Made by a program: the position numbers and the translations under genes. From Candidatus Woesebacteria bacterium (lineage in GTDB: Bacteria; Patescibacteriota; Microgenomatia; UBA1400; PJMF01), in contig JASFHL010000001.1 of assembly GCA_050123235.1 (NCBI GenBank), forward strand, positions 84,651 to 148,650: a stretch of 64,000 bases of DNA, given 5' to 3'. Positions 9,929-19,595 of the stretch are shown here, piece by piece. The notes below the pieces were generated by a model. It was given only the letters and a program-made list of their open reading frames with translations. It was not told the origin of the DNA and did not search any database. Positions within the stretch are counted from its first letter, which is position 1. Each line of letters begins with the position of its first letter.

Positions 9929-11821
9929 ATGCAAAAAGTTTCATTTTTAAAACTGAGTTTCTTGGCAGTCTTTATTTGTAGTTTCTTTTTTTTGCTGCTA
10001 ATTCGTTTATTTGATCTGCAGATTATTAGAGGTGAGCATTTTTACAAATTAGCTAATGAAAATCGTTTTTTTGAATTACCCATTGCTGCTCATCGTGGTA
10101 TTTTTTTGGATCGTTATGGGAAACCCTTAGTGCTTAATAAAAAGAGATATTTTAAACTTGAAGACGCTCAGTCACTTTTTTCTGCCAAACAGCCTTTAGA
10201 AAGAGAAGAAGCATTATTAAATATGGCTAATGATAGTGCTTCCGTCAGCTATGAATTGTATCGAGATTATCTTTTTCCCCAAAGTATGGCTCATGTTTTA
10301 GGTTTTACAGCCAAAGTAAGTACTGATGATTTGCTAGCAGACGACTATTTATTGATCAGTGATTCAATCGGCAAATCAGCTTTGGAAAGAAAATATGAAC
10401 GGCCTTTAAGAGGAGTGAGAGGCAAAGAGCTTTTTGAAATCAATACTTTAGGTCAGAAAGAAAGACTTTTGGAAAAAACAGAGGCAGTTACTGGGCAAAA
10501 CATTGAAACGACTTTAGATCCATACTTATCTGAAATTAGTTTCAAAGCTTTAGGACAAGAAAAAGGGGCGATTTTGATAGCTGATGCTAAAACTAATGAA
10601 GTTTTAGTTCTGGTTAGTAACCCAAGTTTTGATCTTAATGATTTTAGTCAAAATTTTTTTGATGAGGTAGAGGAGGCTCAACGAAAAACTAGAATAGAGG
10701 CATATTTTGCTGACGAAAATCAAGTTTTTTTTAATCGAGCTGTGGGAGCTGCTTATCCACCAGGCTCTGTTTTTAAATTAGTGACAGCCATTGCAGGTCT
10801 AGAAACAGGATCGATCGATCAAGGCACAGCAGTGGTTGATGAAGGAATACTTAAAGTTGGTGATTGGGAGTATGCCAATTGGTATTACACCCAGTATGGT
10901 CGGACAGAAGGTTCCATCTCTTTAATTAGGGCGATTTCCAGGAGTAATGACATCTTTTTTTATAAAACAGCTGAATGGGTTGGGCCAGACAAGCTAGCTG
11001 CTTTTGCTAGAGATTTTGGTTTTGGTCAAAAAACTGGTATTGAGTTGGGTTCTGAGGCTAATGGCTTAGTGCCTGATCCAGCTTGGAAGGAGGAGGTAAT
11101 TGGTGAACGATGGTATCTAGGTAATACTTATCATTTTGGCATTGGGCAGGGCGATCTTTTAGTCAGTCCAGTGCAAATTTTACAAATGGTTCAGACTTTT
11201 GCTAATAAAGGTACACTTTGTCGTCCGACTTTGTTGAAGAATCAAGCAGAGCGTTGTAGTGGTTTAAGTTTGAAAAGAGAAAATTTGGATTTAGTTTTGA
11301 AGGGAATGCTCAATGCTTGTAGCTCCGGAGGGACTGCTTTTCCTTTTTTTAAATTTAATCAAAAAAAACGAGCTCAAACTGAAGAAGGAGCAACAGCACT
11401 TGACCCTTTTCAAGAAATTAATAATGGAGCAATTGCTTGTAAAACAGGCACAGCTGAATTTGGAGCTGCTGATGCTAGAGGTTATAGAAAAACTCATGCT
11501 TGGTTTGTGGCCATAGTGGGAGTAGGGGAGCTGAAAGAAGAAGCAGAAAAATTGACTGAAGAGCAAACTCTTAGTGAATCGAGCATAGAAGAAGTAAGCA
11601 GCAGCGCTGAAAGCATTGTGGCGGCTTTAATGGGAAAAAAGATTTTTGATAAAGAAAAACGCGCTAAGTGGTTGGCTCAGCTTAAGGAACATGCTTTTCC
11701 AGATACTTTAGTGATTGTGGCATTAATAGAAAGTAATGATGATAATCCTTATAAAGAAGGATCCCAGGATGCGGCCCCAGTGGTTAAAGAGATTTTGGAT
11801 TGGATTTTTGGAGGAGAGTAA
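9929..11821 (+). CDS. mrdA: Class B penicillin-binding protein 2
   Basis: RGIFLDRYG, PGSVFK (SxxK), SND, GIGQG, KTGT motifs; in mre operon. Confidence 0.9.
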   Translation: MQKVSFLKLSFLAVFICSFFFLLLIRLFDLQIIRGEHFYKLANENRFFELPIAAHRGIFLDRYGKPLVLNKKRYFKLEDAQSLFSAKQPLEREEALLNMANDSASVSYELYRDYLFPQSMAHVLGFTAKVSTDDLLADDYLLISDSIGKSALERKYERPLRGVRGKELFEINTLGQKERLLEKTEAVTGQNIETTLDPYLSEISFKALGQEKGAILIADAKTNEVLVLVSNPSFDLNDFSQNFFDEVEEAQRKTRIEAYFADENQVFFNRAVGAAYPPGSVFKLVTAIAGLETGSIDQGTAVVDEGILKVGDWEYANWYYTQYGRTEGSISLIRAISRSNDIFFYKTAEWVGPDKLAAFARDFGFGQKTGIELGSEANGLVPDPAWKEEVIGERWYLGNTYHFGIGQGDLLVSPVQILQMVQTFANKGTLCRPTLLKNQAERCSGLSLKRENLDLVLKGMLNACSSGGTAFPFFKFNQKKRAQTEEGATALDPFQEINNGAIACKTGTAEFGAADARGYRKTHAWFVAIVGVGELKEEAEKLTEEQTLSESSIEEVSSSAESIVAALMGKKIFDKEKRAKWLAQLKEHAFPDTLVIVALIESNDDNPYKEGSQDAAPVVKEILDWIFGGE

Positions 11822-13712
11822 TGATTTGTTCTACAGTAGGGCTTTGCCTAATTTTTTCATCTCTTGCTAGCCAATTCCTAATATTAGCTAAATGTTTCCA
11901 ATTTGGTCTACTCCAATAAGGAAAAGTAAATAATTGTTTTTTTTCTTTAGGTTTGACTAATTTTTCAAATTGTTCTTCTTCTTTTGTTGCTGATCTTGGT
12001 TTTTCTTTTGCTGCTAGACTTTTTTTTATTCGTTGCAAAAGAGCCAGTGCTATACGTTCTGGATCAGAAAAGTTAAATGGATCCAACAAGTCTGTATCTT
12101 GGCTTGCCTTTTTCCTCTTTTTTTTAGTTTCTCTCATAAGATCATCAATTCTGTAGAATGTTCCCTGTTGAGCTTCACTTACTGCCGAGCTAAGCTCTAG
12201 CATATGCTTTATGCGACGACGGATCTCTCCAAGTTCTTCTGGTGGAAGAACTCTTGTCTTTAAAAGATTATCCATTAGCTGACTTAACGTTCTTTGCCAA
12301 GGTCTTTGACAATTTTTTAGTTTTTGTGTCAATTTGTGATTAGGGGGTACGATAGGAATAGCATCAAAACAAAAACAAATTTGTTCAGTTTTTGAATTAT
12401 ACATCATGTCTATGGCTAGACTAATAACTCCAGTCTGTTTTATCAATTGTTCGATTTTTGTTAAAAAGTTACCTCCATCTGCCATTGTTGAATTCATTAA
12501 GTTGTAAAATAGGACGCAAGATTGATGGTCAGCAAAAATTAAGGGGTGCTGATCTTCTAGTTGCTTAATCGTCACTCGAAAATTCTGTTCATTTTGGTCT
12601 CTAGAAGTAAAAATATTTAGCATGGCTTCAAAACTTACTCTTGGAGTAAGTTCGCTAGTACTTCTTACCGGTCCTAACTCAAGGATCAATGTAGCCATAG
12701 AATCAAATTCATTTGCAGCACCTTTACTCCCATCTTGAGGAAATACTTTGCAGAAACTTGCTGGTTCTCTAAGTTGCGCAGCAGTTAATCTAGGTAGAAC
12801 TTCAAAGAAAAAATGCGATAGAGTAGTGATTCGTTTATAGAGAGAAGGAGAAGGAGTTTCTGCTACAGTGGTGAATAGATTTTGTTTTTGTAATTGGCTT
12901 AGTTCTTGATTTAGTTCTTGAATTAAGGAAGGTAAAGCTGGTAATTGATACATAGGGGCATTATCATTCTTTTTTACTCCTGCATAACTAATATCATTTA
13001 ATCCAGTAGTAGAAATCCAGACATTTCGTTCTTGCTCTATTAGTGAAACAACCCGGTCAGCTAAAGAAATAATATCCCAAAGAGGATAGGCTCTGGTATC
13101 AGGATCTGCCAAATTTGCTTGATGTAAAGCATGTAGTATTTGTATTTTATAAGGAAAGGTGCCTGAAAGTAGATGACTATCAAGTTGTGCAGCTGCCCCA
13201 GCTGTTTTTTTTAAATAAGCCATATTTTCTGCTTGTGAAGAGCTAGCTGGATGCAATGGACTTGATTCATCTAAAAGTTTAGCTACAGTGAGACCGTAGG
13301 CTAGTGAAGTACATTGCTGAAATTCCACTTGCTCAGGAGATATTTTTAGTCTATCCTTTATTCTGTCCTCTTGGAAAAGATCAAAACTAAAGTTACTGGC
13401 AAATTGAATAACACATTCTATTTGTTCTGTAGTCATTTCTTGGACCAGAGCAATAAAAGTAGGATATCTCTCAGCGAAATTTTCACAGAATTCGTCTGGG
13501 TTTTCTAGATATTGTAGAAAGAAGTCAAGACCTTCGCTTAAATTTGCAGGTAAGAGATTTTGTGATGATTCAAGGTTTATTGCGGCGATTGTTAGTGACT
13601 CAATTTCTCGGTCAGGAAGGGAAGAATATCCATCACCTCTGCCATTGCCATCTTCAGGTGTTGCAACAACGATGCCGTCGTCAGTTCTTGGTCTTTCTTT
13701 AGTATCGACCAT
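11784..13712 (-). CDS. Large orphan hypothetical protein
   Basis: 642-aa open frame; 3' end overlaps pbp2 by 38 nt; no recognisable motif. Confidence 0.75.
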   Translation of the reverse strand: MVDTKERPRTDDGIVVATPEDGNGRGDGYSSLPDREIESLTIAAINLESSQNLLPANLSEGLDFFLQYLENPDEFCENFAERYPTFIALVQEMTTEQIECVIQFASNFSFDLFQEDRIKDRLKISPEQVEFQQCTSLAYGLTVAKLLDESSPLHPASSSQAENMAYLKKTAGAAAQLDSHLLSGTFPYKIQILHALHQANLADPDTRAYPLWDIISLADRVVSLIEQERNVWISTTGLNDISYAGVKKNDNAPMYQLPALPSLIQELNQELSQLQKQNLFTTVAETPSPSLYKRITTLSHFFFEVLPRLTAAQLREPASFCKVFPQDGSKGAANEFDSMATLILELGPVRSTSELTPRVSFEAMLNIFTSRDQNEQNFRVTIKQLEDQHPLIFADHQSCVLFYNLMNSTMADGGNFLTKIEQLIKQTGVISLAIDMMYNSKTEQICFCFDAIPIVPPNHKLTQKLKNCQRPWQRTLSQLMDNLLKTRVLPPEELGEIRRRIKHMLELSSAVSEAQQGTFYRIDDLMRETKKKRKKASQDTDLLDPFNFSDPERIALALLQRIKKSLAAKEKPRSATKEEEQFEKLVKPKEKKQLFTFPYWSRPNWKHLANIRNWLARDEKIRQSPTVEQIITLLQKSNPKSL

Positions 13713-14206
13713 TTTTAGGCTTAATTATATTTTCTAATAAACTTGCTGCGAAATAAAGCCTCAATTTAGATTAAAAAATGTTTTATCTTGTAGCGAGTTT
13801 AAAATTTTTTAAGTTATTAGTTTAGATTTTTTATATTTTTGATATGTAAATAATTAAATTAATCTGTTTATAATATTTTTAAAACACACAAGCGTGTATT
13901 ATAGCATAAAGGAGAAAGGAAGGGATTCTAGGCAAGCTTAATATATAAAGTTAATTCTTTTGAGATTAAAATTGTGAGGAAGTGCTAGTTAAAAAATAAA
14001 AAAAAATAAGGAATTTGTTTAGTCATCTCTATATTGAATTGGAACCTCATTTTCTTCGTCATATCTACCTGTTTCTGGATTAAATCTTAAAATTCCTGTC
14101 AATAAAAATATTAATTTATTATAACGTATGTAGTTAATAGGTATTAAAAATAAGTTCATTTTTCAGCTTTTTACTAGATTTGAAAAAAATAATGGGGGAA
14201 TGTAAT

Positions 14207-14434
14207 TCACCCCTTTAGTTTATCAGCATCAGCTGCTACGGAGCCACATTCCACTAATCTGCCTTTTCCTTTGGGACTAGGTTGCCAATTGTAACATAGT
14301 CTTGTATCTACAATTTGTATGTCACCTCCAGGTAATGTAGCTGTCATTTGATATTCCTGTGGTATTTGGCTAAGAGGTGTTCTTTGTTCCCTGAGATAAT
14401 AATGCGGTTCTTTTCGACGTTTTCTCTCTGACAT
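14207..14434 (-). CDS. Small hypothetical protein
   Basis: 75-aa ATG ORF, GC-richer than its AT-rich flanks, TATAAT upstream. Confidence 0.55.
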   Translation of the reverse strand: MSERKRRKEPHYYLREQRTPLSQIPQEYQMTATLPGGDIQIVDTRLCYNWQPSPKGKGRLVECGSVAADADKLKG

Positions 14435-14563
14435 ATCTTTGAATTTTTATTTTTAAATGGCTACTTATTATACACTTTTTAGTTTATTAGCTCAGCTATC
14501 AGCTTGTAGAAGAAATTCTAATTTATTACACTTCCTGTAATCCAATACCGCTAAAATAGCTCA

Positions 14564-15835
14564 ATGCTCAGTATAGAAAAACAAAATTGGTTGGCACTTT
14601 TGTCAATTAATGGCATTGGTAAAAAAACATTTTTTAATTGCTACAATGCCCTAATAAAACACCAAATATCTTGGGAAGAGTTTTGGGTAGGGAGGAATTC
14701 CATCTGGCAACATTGCTCACTAAATGAAAAGCAGCAAAAATCAATTAAAAAGTTTAAAAAAGAACATAGCATTTCTTCATATTATCAAAGTCTTTTGGAA
14801 AAGAAGATTTCGGTTTTAACTTATAAAGACGCGAGCTATCCTAGTTTGCTCCAACAAATAGATGATAAACCAGTGCTTTTATTTATCAAAACTAAGACAA
14901 ATAATTTTTTAACAAAGACAAAAAATAACTCAACAGCTTATTATTGGGATCAATTGCCAGTTGCAATTGTGGGTAGTCGTAAGATAACTGTCTATGGCCG
15001 GCAGGTAACGGAGAAAATCAGCAAAGAGCTAGCTTTACTAGGAGCCACTATTATTTCTGGTTTTATGTATGGTGTAGACTTGCTTGCTCAAAAAACTGCT
15101 TTTAAATGGTCTAGGAGGACAGTTGGTATTTTAGGTTTTGGTTTTGATTATATGTATCCTCGCTCTCAAAAAAGGCTTTTTGAGCAAATGCTTGAACAAG
15201 GAGCGATTTTTGTCACTGAATATGCGCCACATGTGAGACCTAAGTTTGGTCAGTTTCCAGTACGTAATCGCATTATTGCTGGCATGTCTTTAGCCACGTT
15301 GGTGACTGAAGCTGCACTCAAAAGTGGTAGTTTGATCACAGTTCAAGCTGCTTTGGATTATGGCAGAGATGTTTTCACTGTGCCTGGTCCAATCACTAGC
15401 CCTTATAGCGAAGGTACAAAGAAATTAATCAATGATGGGGCAACGCTTATTAGCAGCGGAAAAGAGCTGATCAAAGAACTAAGCAGTGTTTATTTTTTTG
15501 ATCGTTATCAAAGGCGATTGGCTGATTTTACTTTAAAAAGTGTAAAGAAAAACCAGGCTAAAAAAGTAAGCTTTGTTTCCAAGGATGCTGCGATAGATTT
15601 TTCTAAAATAAAACACTCACAGATGAGAATGATTCAGGCTGGCCATAAAAATAAAATCAAATCTCAAAAGCAATTGGAAAAAGATATTTTACTGAGTCTA
15701 AAAACTAGAGTTTTGAATACTGATGATTTAGCTAAATTGTTTGAGATAAAAGTTGCTAAATTAAATATAGTTTTAACTTTCTTAGAGTTGAGAGGCTTGA
15801 TTGAAAAAACGGCTGAAGGGTGGGTGCGGCGGTGA
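14564..15835 (+). CDS. dprA: DNA-processing protein DprA/Smf
   Basis: AIVGSRK, ISGFMYGVD, FPVRNRIIAG, EAALKSGSLIT motifs; C-terminal winged helix; upstream of topA. Confidence 0.95.
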   Translation: MLSIEKQNWLALLSINGIGKKTFFNCYNALIKHQISWEEFWVGRNSIWQHCSLNEKQQKSIKKFKKEHSISSYYQSLLEKKISVLTYKDASYPSLLQQIDDKPVLLFIKTKTNNFLTKTKNNSTAYYWDQLPVAIVGSRKITVYGRQVTEKISKELALLGATIISGFMYGVDLLAQKTAFKWSRRTVGILGFGFDYMYPRSQKRLFEQMLEQGAIFVTEYAPHVRPKFGQFPVRNRIIAGMSLATLVTEAALKSGSLITVQAALDYGRDVFTVPGPITSPYSEGTKKLINDGATLISSGKELIKELSSVYFFDRYQRRLADFTLKSVKKNQAKKVSFVSKDAAIDFSKIKHSQMRMIQAGHKNKIKSQKQLEKDILLSLKTRVLNTDDLAKLFEIKVAKLNIVLTFLELRGLIEKTAEGWVRR

Positions 15836-15850
15836 TGCTCTGATTTTTTA

Positions 15851-15898
15851 AAAAAAAGAAAGGAGTGCCTCCTCCTTTCGGATAGCCCAGGAGGCACT
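15851..15898 (-). terminator. Intrinsic terminator of the small membrane-protein gene
   Basis: AGTGCCTCCT/AGGAGGCACT 10-bp stem followed on the minus strand by CCTTTCTTTTTTT. Confidence 0.65.
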
Positions 15899-16142
15899 AG
15901 AATAGCAGTTTTTTTAGGATGCCTGCTAGCATCCCTATCGCCAATCCGTAGATTGGCGCGGTGGGTGTGATACGGTCTGAGTGCCTGAGATAAACCCAAG
16001 CAACCAGATCTACTCCTAGCCACAGGGCTATTGCGGCTAGGAGAATCCAAGGCAACACCCCGTTCAAGAACAGAGCAATGCCTATCCCCACCATCAGGCC
16101 AAGTAAAAACTTGGCCAATTTTAGAAAAAATTCGAAGGCCAT
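15897..16142 (-). CDS. Small hydrophobic membrane protein
   Basis: 81 aa with about 3 TMs, strong SD GAGGAGG, structured 5' leader, own terminator. Confidence 0.7.
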   Translation of the reverse strand: MAFEFFLKLAKFLLGLMVGIGIALFLNGVLPWILLAAIALWLGVDLVAWVYLRHSDRITPTAPIYGLAIGMLAGILKKLLF

Positions 16143-16422
16143 TTTGCCTCCTCTTTTTTTGGAACGGTGCTCGTGTCAGGGTCGCCTTTGACCCTTCACA
16201 AACACCAGGCGGTTTTTAAGGATTATATGATACATTATTTTTTTTAGCATACGTATATTTTATGTAATGAGTTAGTATTTTATTAAAAATTAAAAACTAT
16301 TCTGCATAATTTTCCATTTGTTTTAAATTATTTGCTAAGATATATTTAGACGTGTTGCTAAATCAGAGATATTGATTTTTTTTATTTAGCGACTAAATTA
16401 TTAAAATTAATTTTTTAAAATT

Positions 16423-18600
16423 ATGAATTTAGTCATTGTTGAATCACCAACTAAAGCTCGTAAGCTCAGTGCTTATTTGGGAAAAGATTTTAAAATCGAA
16501 GCTTCAGTAGGGCATGTGCGAGATTTGCCCAAAAAAAAACTAGGCATCGATCTTGAAAAAGATTTTGCTTTGACTTATGAAGTTGACGAAGAAAAGACTA
16601 AAGTAGTCAAGCATCTGCAAACTTTAGCCAAAAAAGCAAATAAAGTCTATTTGGCCATGGATCCTGACAGAGAAGGTGAGGCTATAGCTTGGCATATACG
16701 ATATCTTTTAAAGGAGGCTCAAAAAAAGCAAAAAACTAAAGTGAAAGCTGAGTTTCTACGTTCAACTTTTCATGAAATTACAAAACGAGCAGTTTTAAAG
16801 GCAATTGATAAGCCGGGTAAAATTAGGATGGATTTAGTGGATGCTCAACAGGCTAGGCGAGTAGTTGATCGTTTGGTGGGTTATAAAGTTTCGCCAGTTT
16901 TGTGGAAAAAAGTGAGAAGAGGCTTATCTGCTGGCAGAGTTCAATCTGTGGCACTGAGATTAATTGTTGAACGGGAAAGAGAAATCAAAGCTTTTAAAGC
17001 TAAAGAATATTGGGAGATCGATGTAGCTCTGTCAGTAGCTGAAGCTGAGAAATCAGAAATTTTTAAAGAAGGAAAGGCCGTCGAAAATTTACCACAAGAT
17101 GTGCTGATTGTTTCTTTAGATAAAATTAAAGGTAAGAAATTTGGTGATCCTGTTTTTACTGAAAAGCACGCTAAACCAGTGGTCAAAGATTTGAAAACAG
17201 CCAAGTATTTAGTGCAAGACGTCGAACGAAAAGAAAGAGTTAGAAACAGCTTGCCGCCTTTTACCACTTCACTTTTGCAACAAAATGCTGCTAGCAAGTT
17301 TGGCTTTTCTGCCAGGCAAACCATGCGTTTGGCTCAGCAACTTTATGAAGAAGGTCTGATTACTTATCATCGTACTGATTCTTTTAATTTGTCCCAGTCG
17401 GCTATCAAAATGGCAAGAGATTTTATTCAAGATCAATATGGTAGTCAATATCTGCCATCTGCTCCAAGAATTTTCAAAAGTCGTTCCAAAAGCGCCCAGG
17501 AAGCTCACGAAGCCATTAGGGTAACTAAAGTTAGTTTATTGACCGATGAGATTAGAACTAAATCAAAAAAATTCACAGAACGTCATCTTAAACTCTATGC
17601 TTTAATTTGGCGACGTTTTTTAGCTAGCCAGATGAAAGCTGCCATTTATGATCAAACTACGATTTTAGTTGAGGCCTGGCCAAAGGGTAGCAAAGTTGGG
17701 TCTAGCAAAACTGTGCCCTACTTATTGAAAGCCACTGGCTCAATCATGAAGTTTGATGGTTGGACTAAGTTATTTAAAAACCCCGGTGATAAAACTTTGC
17801 CGGCTTGTGAAGTAGGTCAGGATTTGAATTATCTAGACATTAATCCTTTACAAAAATATACTCAGCCACCTGCTAGGTACAACGATGCTTCGCTTGTCAA
17901 AGAATTAGAAAAAAGAGGCATTGGTAGACCAAGCACTTATGCCAGCATCATTTCAGTTATTCAAGATAGAGCCTATGTTGAAAAAACAGAAAAGAAGTTC
18001 TTTGCTACGTCAGTAGGAATCACAGTTTCTGATTTTTTACTCAAAAATTTTTCAGACATCATGGATTATGATTTTACTGCTGAAATGGAGGAGGATTTAG
18101 ATCGCATAGCCAGGGGTGAAAAAGAGTGGAAAAATATTGTTAAAATTTTTTGGCGGCCTTTAGCAAAAATTATTCATCAAGTAGTGGAGAAAGCTGCTAG
18201 AGTTCAGATCCCAGTAGAAAAAACTGGAAAACCCTGTCCTGACTGCGGTAAAACTGACAAAGGTGAGATAGTAATCCGTACGGGTCGTTTTGGTAAATTT
18301 AAGAGTTGTAGTCGTTATCCAGATTGTAAGTACAGCGAGAACCTGGTTGAAAAACTCGAAGGTATGACTTGCCCTTTATGTAAAAAAGGGGAAGTTATTG
18401 TTAAGAAAACTCGTTGGGGAAAGCCTTTTTATGGTTGTAGTCGTTATCCAGATTGTGATTGGGCTAGTTGGAAAAAGCCAGAAAAAGGAGAAACTATTAC
18501 TCAAAGAAAATGGGAAGAAATTAAAAGAGCACGTCAAGAAAGAGCAGCCAAAAGAAAAGGAAAAAAAGGAAAATGGGCAAAAAGAAAGAAGAAAAAATAG
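16423..18600 (+). CDS. topA: DNA topoisomerase I
   Basis: LVIVESPTKA, DPDREGEAI, SAGRVQS, ITYHRTDS, GIGRPSTYA; two C-terminal Zn ribbons. Confidence 0.98.
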   Translation: MNLVIVESPTKARKLSAYLGKDFKIEASVGHVRDLPKKKLGIDLEKDFALTYEVDEEKTKVVKHLQTLAKKANKVYLAMDPDREGEAIAWHIRYLLKEAQKKQKTKVKAEFLRSTFHEITKRAVLKAIDKPGKIRMDLVDAQQARRVVDRLVGYKVSPVLWKKVRRGLSAGRVQSVALRLIVEREREIKAFKAKEYWEIDVALSVAEAEKSEIFKEGKAVENLPQDVLIVSLDKIKGKKFGDPVFTEKHAKPVVKDLKTAKYLVQDVERKERVRNSLPPFTTSLLQQNAASKFGFSARQTMRLAQQLYEEGLITYHRTDSFNLSQSAIKMARDFIQDQYGSQYLPSAPRIFKSRSKSAQEAHEAIRVTKVSLLTDEIRTKSKKFTERHLKLYALIWRRFLASQMKAAIYDQTTILVEAWPKGSKVGSSKTVPYLLKATGSIMKFDGWTKLFKNPGDKTLPACEVGQDLNYLDINPLQKYTQPPARYNDASLVKELEKRGIGRPSTYASIISVIQDRAYVEKTEKKFFATSVGITVSDFLLKNFSDIMDYDFTAEMEEDLDRIARGEKEWKNIVKIFWRPLAKIIHQVVEKAARVQIPVEKTGKPCPDCGKTDKGEIVIRTGRFGKFKSCSRYPDCKYSENLVEKLEGMTCPLCKKGEVIVKKTRWGKPFYGCSRYPDCDWASWKKPEKGETITQRKWEEIKRARQERAAKRKGKKGKWAKRKKKK

Positions 18601-19238
18601 CCCTTTTTGGCGGGGCTTTTGATCCACCACATCTTGGACACAGCCAGGTCAGCCGTGCCTTGTTGGAAGCTGGAATCGCTGATCAACTTTGCTATGTGCC
18701 CGCTGGCGTTCATGATTTTCAAAAAAATATGACAGCGGTTGAACATCGAGTGGCAATGTTAGAGTTGATTTTGAATGATGATTTGGAAGGTGAAATCTCG
18801 CTATCAAAAGAGAATCGGTATGATTTGGCTCAACGCCAGAATTCGGCTTTAGATCTGAAAGGAAAAATTAGAATTGAGTTTTGTGAGATTGAAAGAGAAG
18901 GGGTTAGTCATACTTTTGATACTTTAGAAGAATTGTCAGCTCGCTATCCAGAAAAAGATTTTTTTTGGGTGATTGGCAGTGATAATTTGGCTAAATTTCA
19001 TCTTTGGTATAACTATGAGGAGATGTTAAGAAAGTATCGTTTTTATGTTTATCCGCGCACTGATTATCCTTTTGAACCACTTTACCAAAATATGATCCCA
19101 TTAAGGAAAATGAAAGCAGTAGATGTATCTTCCACAGAGATTAGGCAGCGAGTTAAGGAAGGTAAAAGTATTACTGGTATGATTAATGCAAAAGTTGAAA
19201 AATATATTAAAAAACACAAGTTGTATAAAACTAGCTAA
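18573..19238 (+). CDS. nadD: Nicotinate-nucleotide adenylyltransferase
   Basis: FGGAFDPPHLGH, IGSDNL, VSSTEIR motifs. Confidence 0.93.
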   Translation: MGKKKEEKIALFGGAFDPPHLGHSQVSRALLEAGIADQLCYVPAGVHDFQKNMTAVEHRVAMLELILNDDLEGEISLSKENRYDLAQRQNSALDLKGKIRIEFCEIEREGVSHTFDTLEELSARYPEKDFFWVIGSDNLAKFHLWYNYEEMLRKYRFYVYPRTDYPFEPLYQNMIPLRKMKAVDVSSTEIRQRVKEGKSITGMINAKVEKYIKKHKLYKTS

Positions 19239-19241
19239 TAA

Positions 19242-19271
19242 TGAAGGCATTTTTTGGCCTTCGCTTTTTTT
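19242..19271 (+). terminator. Probable intrinsic terminator after nadD
   Basis: GAAGGC/GCCTTC stem followed by a T run. Confidence 0.5.
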
Positions 19272-19293
19272 GCATTAAAAAAGGAGAAGCAAT

Positions 19294-19590
19294 ATGGCAA
19301 AATATAAACAATATTACACAAAAATGATCGAAGAGAACAGAAATCTCTTTTTTGAGTTTAAAAACATTCATGATAAATTCAAAAGTGAGCGTTCAAAGCA
19401 TCAAGCAGAGTTTAATCGAATCGGACAAAAAGTGAGAGATGTGATTCGCGATTGGGATCGCCGTCTTTGCAGTGCCATGGGTAAAGGGCAATATAGTCAA
19501 TATTCTTACCAGCTGTCAGAAAAGTTTTGGAATCATGCCCGAAAAGAGTTTGAGTTTATAGATCTTGTGGGAGTTAAGGTAAAAAAGTAA
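19294..19590 (+). CDS. Hypothetical protein
   Basis: 98-aa ORF with AAGGAG SD. Confidence 0.75.
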   Translation: MAKYKQYYTKMIEENRNLFFEFKNIHDKFKSERSKHQAEFNRIGQKVRDVIRDWDRRLCSAMGKGQYSQYSYQLSEKFWNHARKEFEFIDLVGVKVKK

Positions 19591-19595
19591 TTATA

